From: an uncultured delta proteobacterium
Lineage (GTDB): Bacteria; Myxococcota; Myxococcia; Myxococcales; Myxococcaceae
Direction of reading: 5' to 3'
DNA: 64,000 bases
Assembly (NCBI GenBank): GCA_963771175.1
Contig: CAVYSY010000045.1
Span: 32,001-96,000, forward strand
Shown here: positions 60,638 to 64,000 of the stretch, one piece after another
Layout: each line of letters starts with the position of its first letter
How positions within the stretch are numbered: position 1 is the stretch's first letter
The notes under the pieces: generated by a model
The model's database searches: none
What the model was told of the DNA's origin: nothing
Seen by the model: the letters and a program-made list of their open reading frames with translations, nothing else
Made by a program: the position numbers and the translations under genes

Positions 60638-61204
60638 TCAGACCTTGGCCTGGGAGATGTCGAGCGAGCTGATTCCCGGGCTGGTCCTGAGCGGCGTGCC
60701 CTCCTGGAGGATGAGCATCCGCACCCGGTAGAGCACCGAGGGCAGATAGCGCAGGGACAGCGTGCCCCAGAGTTGGTTCTGCTCCTCGAAGGTCTGCGAA
60801 TGCAGCTCGACGAGCAGCTTCTCGAGGGACTCGTCCATCCCGGGGCTGTTGGTGCGATCGAAGACCGGCCGGGACTGGAAGAAGGACACGGTCGCCGACA
60901 GGAACTTGAGCGCGTCCGCGTAGCTGGTGCCATGCGCCACCACCAGCAGGAACAGGTTCAACTTGATGTCTGGTTGAACCTCTTCAATCTGACCGTCGCG
61001 CTTGCGCGTGGCCGTCTGGGTCTTGACGACGCGCTCCTCCTCGATGCGCACGAGGCTGAGCGTGAGAGGGTGGGCGGGTGAGGCGTCCTTGCTCTGATCG
61101 GGTACGGGGCCGAGCGAGGCCCGGTCGGTGCCGTCGCTTCCAAAGCGCGCGTTGAGGAACGCGTTGAGCTGCCCGGTAAGCACCGTCAACGCCTTGTCGA
61201 TCAA
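60638..61204 (-). CDS. DUF4255 / Afp16-Pvc16-like cap protein
   Basis: LVRIEEE, LNLFLL, Y.DALKFLS....FFQ..PVF, QNQLWG.L...YLPSVLYRVR. TTG start after GAGGTG. Confidence 0.88.
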   Translation of the reverse strand: MIDKALTVLTGQLNAFLNARFGSDGTDRASLGPVPDQSKDASPAHPLTLSLVRIEEERVVKTQTATRKRDGQIEEVQPDIKLNLFLLVVAHGTSYADALKFLSATVSFFQSRPVFDRTNSPGMDESLEKLLVELHSQTFEEQNQLWGTLSLRYLPSVLYRVRMLILQEGTPLRTSPGISSLDISQAKV

Positions 61205-61437
61205 ACCGACACCTCGTCCCCCTTCGGGAGTGCGGCAACGACAGATCATCAGCGCCCGTTGCGGTGGGCACCTGTTCACGGAGCGGTGGCACGATAGGAG
61301 TTGGCGGAGCGGACAGTCAAGAAATCGATAGTCCGCTCGCCTGCAAGACAAGCGAATTCCAGCCCAGGGTTTTCGCGAACCCCGAGAAGATCAGCAGTCG
61401 CGGTCTTGTTACATCCCGGCGGTAGTGACGGAGCGGC

Positions 61438-62070
61438 CTAGTCCCAGATGAAGAGCCACTTCACGCCCTTGGCCAGCCCGTAGAAGATCCACCCCACGGG
61501 GCCGGGCCTCACGGGCCGCTCGAAGTCGAGCTGCACGGTGGCCAGCGCTACCGCTCCTTCCATCGTCTCCAGCCGCGCCTTCAGCGACTCGTACTCCACC
61601 GTCACCCGCTCCAACTCCTTCTCCACCAGCACTGCCTCGGACACCGTCGCCGCCCTGTCCAGGAGTTGGAGGTAGCGCTGCTTGGCCCGCTCCAGCGTCT
61701 CCAGCCGCACCCGCAGATCCTGGTGGGCCTCCGTCACGTCCTCTGCCGACACCCGACGCTCGGCCACCGTGCCCAGGTCCGGCACCTTCTCCATGAAAGG
61801 CTCGAGCTGCCCCGCCGGGATGCGCACCGTCGCCGAGGCATCCGAGACGAGCTGGGCATAGCCCCCGTGCGCCTTCGCCAGGGCCACTGCCTCCGTCGGC
61901 CCCTGCTCCGGCTCGGGGCGCTCCAGCCGCACCTGCACCGTGGTGATGATGGAGCGGTCCTTCATCGCCTGACCCGAGGCAGGGGCCTCCTGGGACATGC
62001 CGGGCGGAGGGCCCATGCGGGTGGCGCAGGCCGGGAGAACGAGCAACAGGAGCAGGACGGAGAGGCGCAC
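61438..62070 (-). CDS. DUF4349-domain lipoprotein
   Basis: Lipobox LPAC, ATVRIPA, AEDVTE...DL..RL, VEKELERV...E.LK. GTG start after AAGGA. Confidence 0.8.
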   Translation of the reverse strand: MRLSVLLLLLVLPACATRMGPPPGMSQEAPASGQAMKDRSIITTVQVRLERPEPEQGPTEAVALAKAHGGYAQLVSDASATVRIPAGQLEPFMEKVPDLGTVAERRVSAEDVTEAHQDLRVRLETLERAKQRYLQLLDRAATVSEAVLVEKELERVTVEYESLKARLETMEGAVALATVQLDFERPVRPGPVGWIFYGLAKGVKWLFIWD

Positions 62071-62147
62071 GGGATTCCTTTTGACTCGACGGAGCGCCTT
62101 GGGACGCTCTCGGCGCGGGCCGGGTTCCAGACGTGCGCCGCTGACTT

Positions 62148-62360
62148 CTAGGAGGCTCGAGGCAGCTTGTGGCGGCCTATGCCGTCCTCCGCGTCGTCCG
62201 ACTCGTAGTAGAGGGTGGCCCCTCCCTCGTCGTAGACGACCAGCACGCGCTCGCTCTGGTTCAGCAGACCCGTGGCGGCTGCTTCCGCCTTGCGGACCAG
62301 CGTGTCCGTCCGCGTGGGGCGCTTCTTGTTGTTGCCTGTACGCGTTGACGCACTGGGCAT
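62148..62360 (-). CDS. Small hypothetical protein
   Basis: 70-aa ORF with AAGGAG RBS upstream. Confidence 0.5.
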   Translation of the reverse strand: MPSASTRTGNNKKRPTRTDTLVRKAEAAATGLLNQSERVLVVYDEGGATLYYESDDAEDGIGRHKLPRAS

Positions 62361-62430
62361 GTGGGGGATGACTCCTTGGAACCCTCACGTACAGCGAGGG
62401 AGTAGCGTGCTATAGCCAACGGAACAGTTC

Positions 62431-62450
62431 GTTGACAAGCGCTTGACAAC
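62431..62450. promoter_or_regulatory. 20-bp imperfect dyad in a divergent promoter
   Basis: GTTGACAAGCGCTTGACAAC matches its reverse complement at 18 of 20 positions and contains two TTGACA hexamers. Confidence 0.5.
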
Positions 62451-62480
62451 CCTCGGCCGGAGGCCAGGTAAGGAAGCGTC

Positions 62481-63084
62481 ATGAATCGTCTTCTCGTTCC
62501 CTGCCTCGTGTTCACCCTGTGTCTGTCCCCGGTCGCGCGGGCCCAGACGCAGCCTCCGCCCGAGACGGAATCTTCCACTCCCGCCTGGCTGCCGCGCGGC
62601 GCCTTCCTGGGCACCTTCATCCGGGGAGGAGCCGTCGCGCCCCAGGCGCGGCTGAGCTGGCAGATTCCCTTCTACCGGGGCCGCATCGACACCCTCTCAC
62701 TGGTCGTCGAGCCGCTGGCCGCGTACACGGCGTCCTTCCCCTCGTCCCTCGTCGACGAGCGCGGCGATCTCGACGCGCTGCGGCTCTATTCACTGGTGTT
62801 GGGGGTGGGGTACCGCAGCCGGCCCAAGTCCGGCATCGAGTGGGGTTTCCAGATTGGCACCGGCCCCGCCTGGTACTCCGCGAGCTTCTCCGCAGGCCAG
62901 CAAGGACTCGGAGTCCTACTTCGTCGGCTTGCTCGATGGGCGCGCGCAGATCGGCTACAACTTCGGGCGCATCTCGGCGGGCGTGGCGGTGGGTTATGGT
63001 GATCCTTACAACTACAGGCGTACGAGCCTGGCCCGTCCCTTCGTGGGCGGATTGCACTTGGGGTTGTACTCGGAGTGGCGCTAG
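62481..63084 (+). CDS. Secreted/outer-membrane hypothetical protein, frameshift near 62895
   Basis: Signal peptide (ARA-Q) and beta-strand pattern that continues in frame 62854-63084, ending YSEWR. Confidence 0.6.
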
Positions 63085-63130
63085 GCGCCTCTGGACCGTG
63101 ACCCCCCAGGTGGGGTGAAGTGCGTTCCGA

Positions 63131-63646
63131 ATGGTCGAGCTTCTCAGTCTGCACATCAGCCGCTTCCAGCGAGAGCGGGCTGAATACGAGCGCACGCTGC
63201 CGGCGGCGGTGCTCGTGTTCACGCCCGCTCCGGTCGCGTCGATGGCCACTGGCGACGAGGACGAGCACCACCACTTCCGTACGCTGACCAGCGTGGAGAC
63301 GCCCATGCTGGGAGTGGGCGAGCCCATCGTCTTCCCCGTGGTGAAGAACCAGGAGAACGCGTTCGGTCGCGGCATCACGGTGGGGCGCACGGGCAACAAC
63401 GACGTGGTGCTCGATGATGGCACCGTGTCGCGCTTCCACGCCTGGTTCCAGCGCGAGACGGGCGGGCGCTACGTCCTGACCGATGCGGGCTCGAAGAATG
63501 GCTCGTACGTGGCCGGGGTGCGACTGGCTCCCCGTCGTCCGTCCCCGGTGGTGGACGGCACCCGCCTGCGCTTCGGCCAGGTGGAGGTCACCTTTTATCT
63601 GGCGAGCGGCTTCACCAAGGTGCTCTCGCGGCGGACGGGGACGTGA
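63131..63646 (+). CDS. FHA-domain protein
   Basis: VGRTGNND, VSRFHA, DAGSKNGS. Confidence 0.92.
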   Translation: MVELLSLHISRFQRERAEYERTLPAAVLVFTPAPVASMATGDEDEHHHFRTLTSVETPMLGVGEPIVFPVVKNQENAFGRGITVGRTGNNDVVLDDGTVSRFHAWFQRETGGRYVLTDAGSKNGSYVAGVRLAPRRPSPVVDGTRLRFGQVEVTFYLASGFTKVLSRRTGT

Positions 63647-63725
63647 GTCCGAGCCCCTTTCATGGATTTCTTGGTTTTTCGTAACGTGTGATTCACCCCT
63701 CTAGAAGGAACAGGGAGCGTTCGCG

Positions 63726-64000
63726 GTGCCATTGACCACAGAGGCGTTCGGCCAGACCGACGTGGGCCGGAAGCGGCAGCACAATGAAGACTCGATGCTC
63801 GTGGACGCCCCGCTCGGCCTGTTCATCGTGGCCGACGGGATGGGCGGCCATGCGGCCGGCGAGGTGGCCAGTGCTCGCGCCACCGAGGTCGTGCGCCAGC
63901 ACATGGCGGCCAATCGGCACCTGCTCAAGGACCTGAGCACCAACCCCACGCAGGAGAGCCGCAACGCGGCCCAGGCGTTGATGGAGGTGGCCATCCAGCG
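63726..64000 (+). CDS. PP2C-family Ser/Thr phosphatase, 3' truncated (absent from the ORF track)
   Basis: Translates as TDVGRKRQHNEDS...LFIVADGMGGHAAGEVAS. Confidence 0.92.
   Translation, partial: MPLTTEAFGQTDVGRKRQHNEDSMLVDAPLGLFIVADGMGGHAAGEVASARATEVVRQHMAANRHLLKDLSTNPTQESRNAAQALMEVAIQ

Noticed and set aside
34859..61204. Prophage or T6SS interpretation
   Set aside because: No capsid, portal, terminase or integrase, and no TssJLM/ClpV; gene content and order fit an eCIS.
61280..61370. Sigma-54 site for the eCIS operon
   Set aside because: TGGCACG is on the wrong strand and lacks a correctly spaced -12 GC.

Overview
High-GC, myxobacterial-type DNA with two adjacent accessory systems. (1) 1.8-34.2 kb holds a divergently transcribed lipopeptide NRPS cluster. 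The plus arm has FAAL-ACP-C-A-T, then a three-module NRPS that is frameshifted in this sequence, then MbtH, a CmlA-type diiron beta-hydroxylase and a stand-alone thioesterase, with a GNAT gene on the opposite strand. The minus arm has a two-module NRPS whose last A domain is interrupted by a ~265-aa GNAT-fold insert, followed by a small membrane protein plus HTTM protein pair, a membrane M28 peptidase and a fused ABC transporter. No NRPS carries a terminal TE or R domain. The modules show recent duplication and A-subdomain exchange, and an acidic C-tail / poly-Lys N-patch pair may dock the two arms. (2) 34.2-61.2 kb (all minus strand) holds an extracellular contractile injection system (eCIS; Afp/PVC/AlgoCIS-like) ending in a 1536-aa cargo with a C-terminal nuclease motif and a candidate Zn-finger immunity gene. 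The right end has a DUF4349 lipoprotein, an FHA protein and a PP2C phosphatase. The supplied ORF track labels 43262..46795 as plus strand, but the sequence shows it is on the minus strand. All family assignments come from motif recognition by eye; no searches were run.
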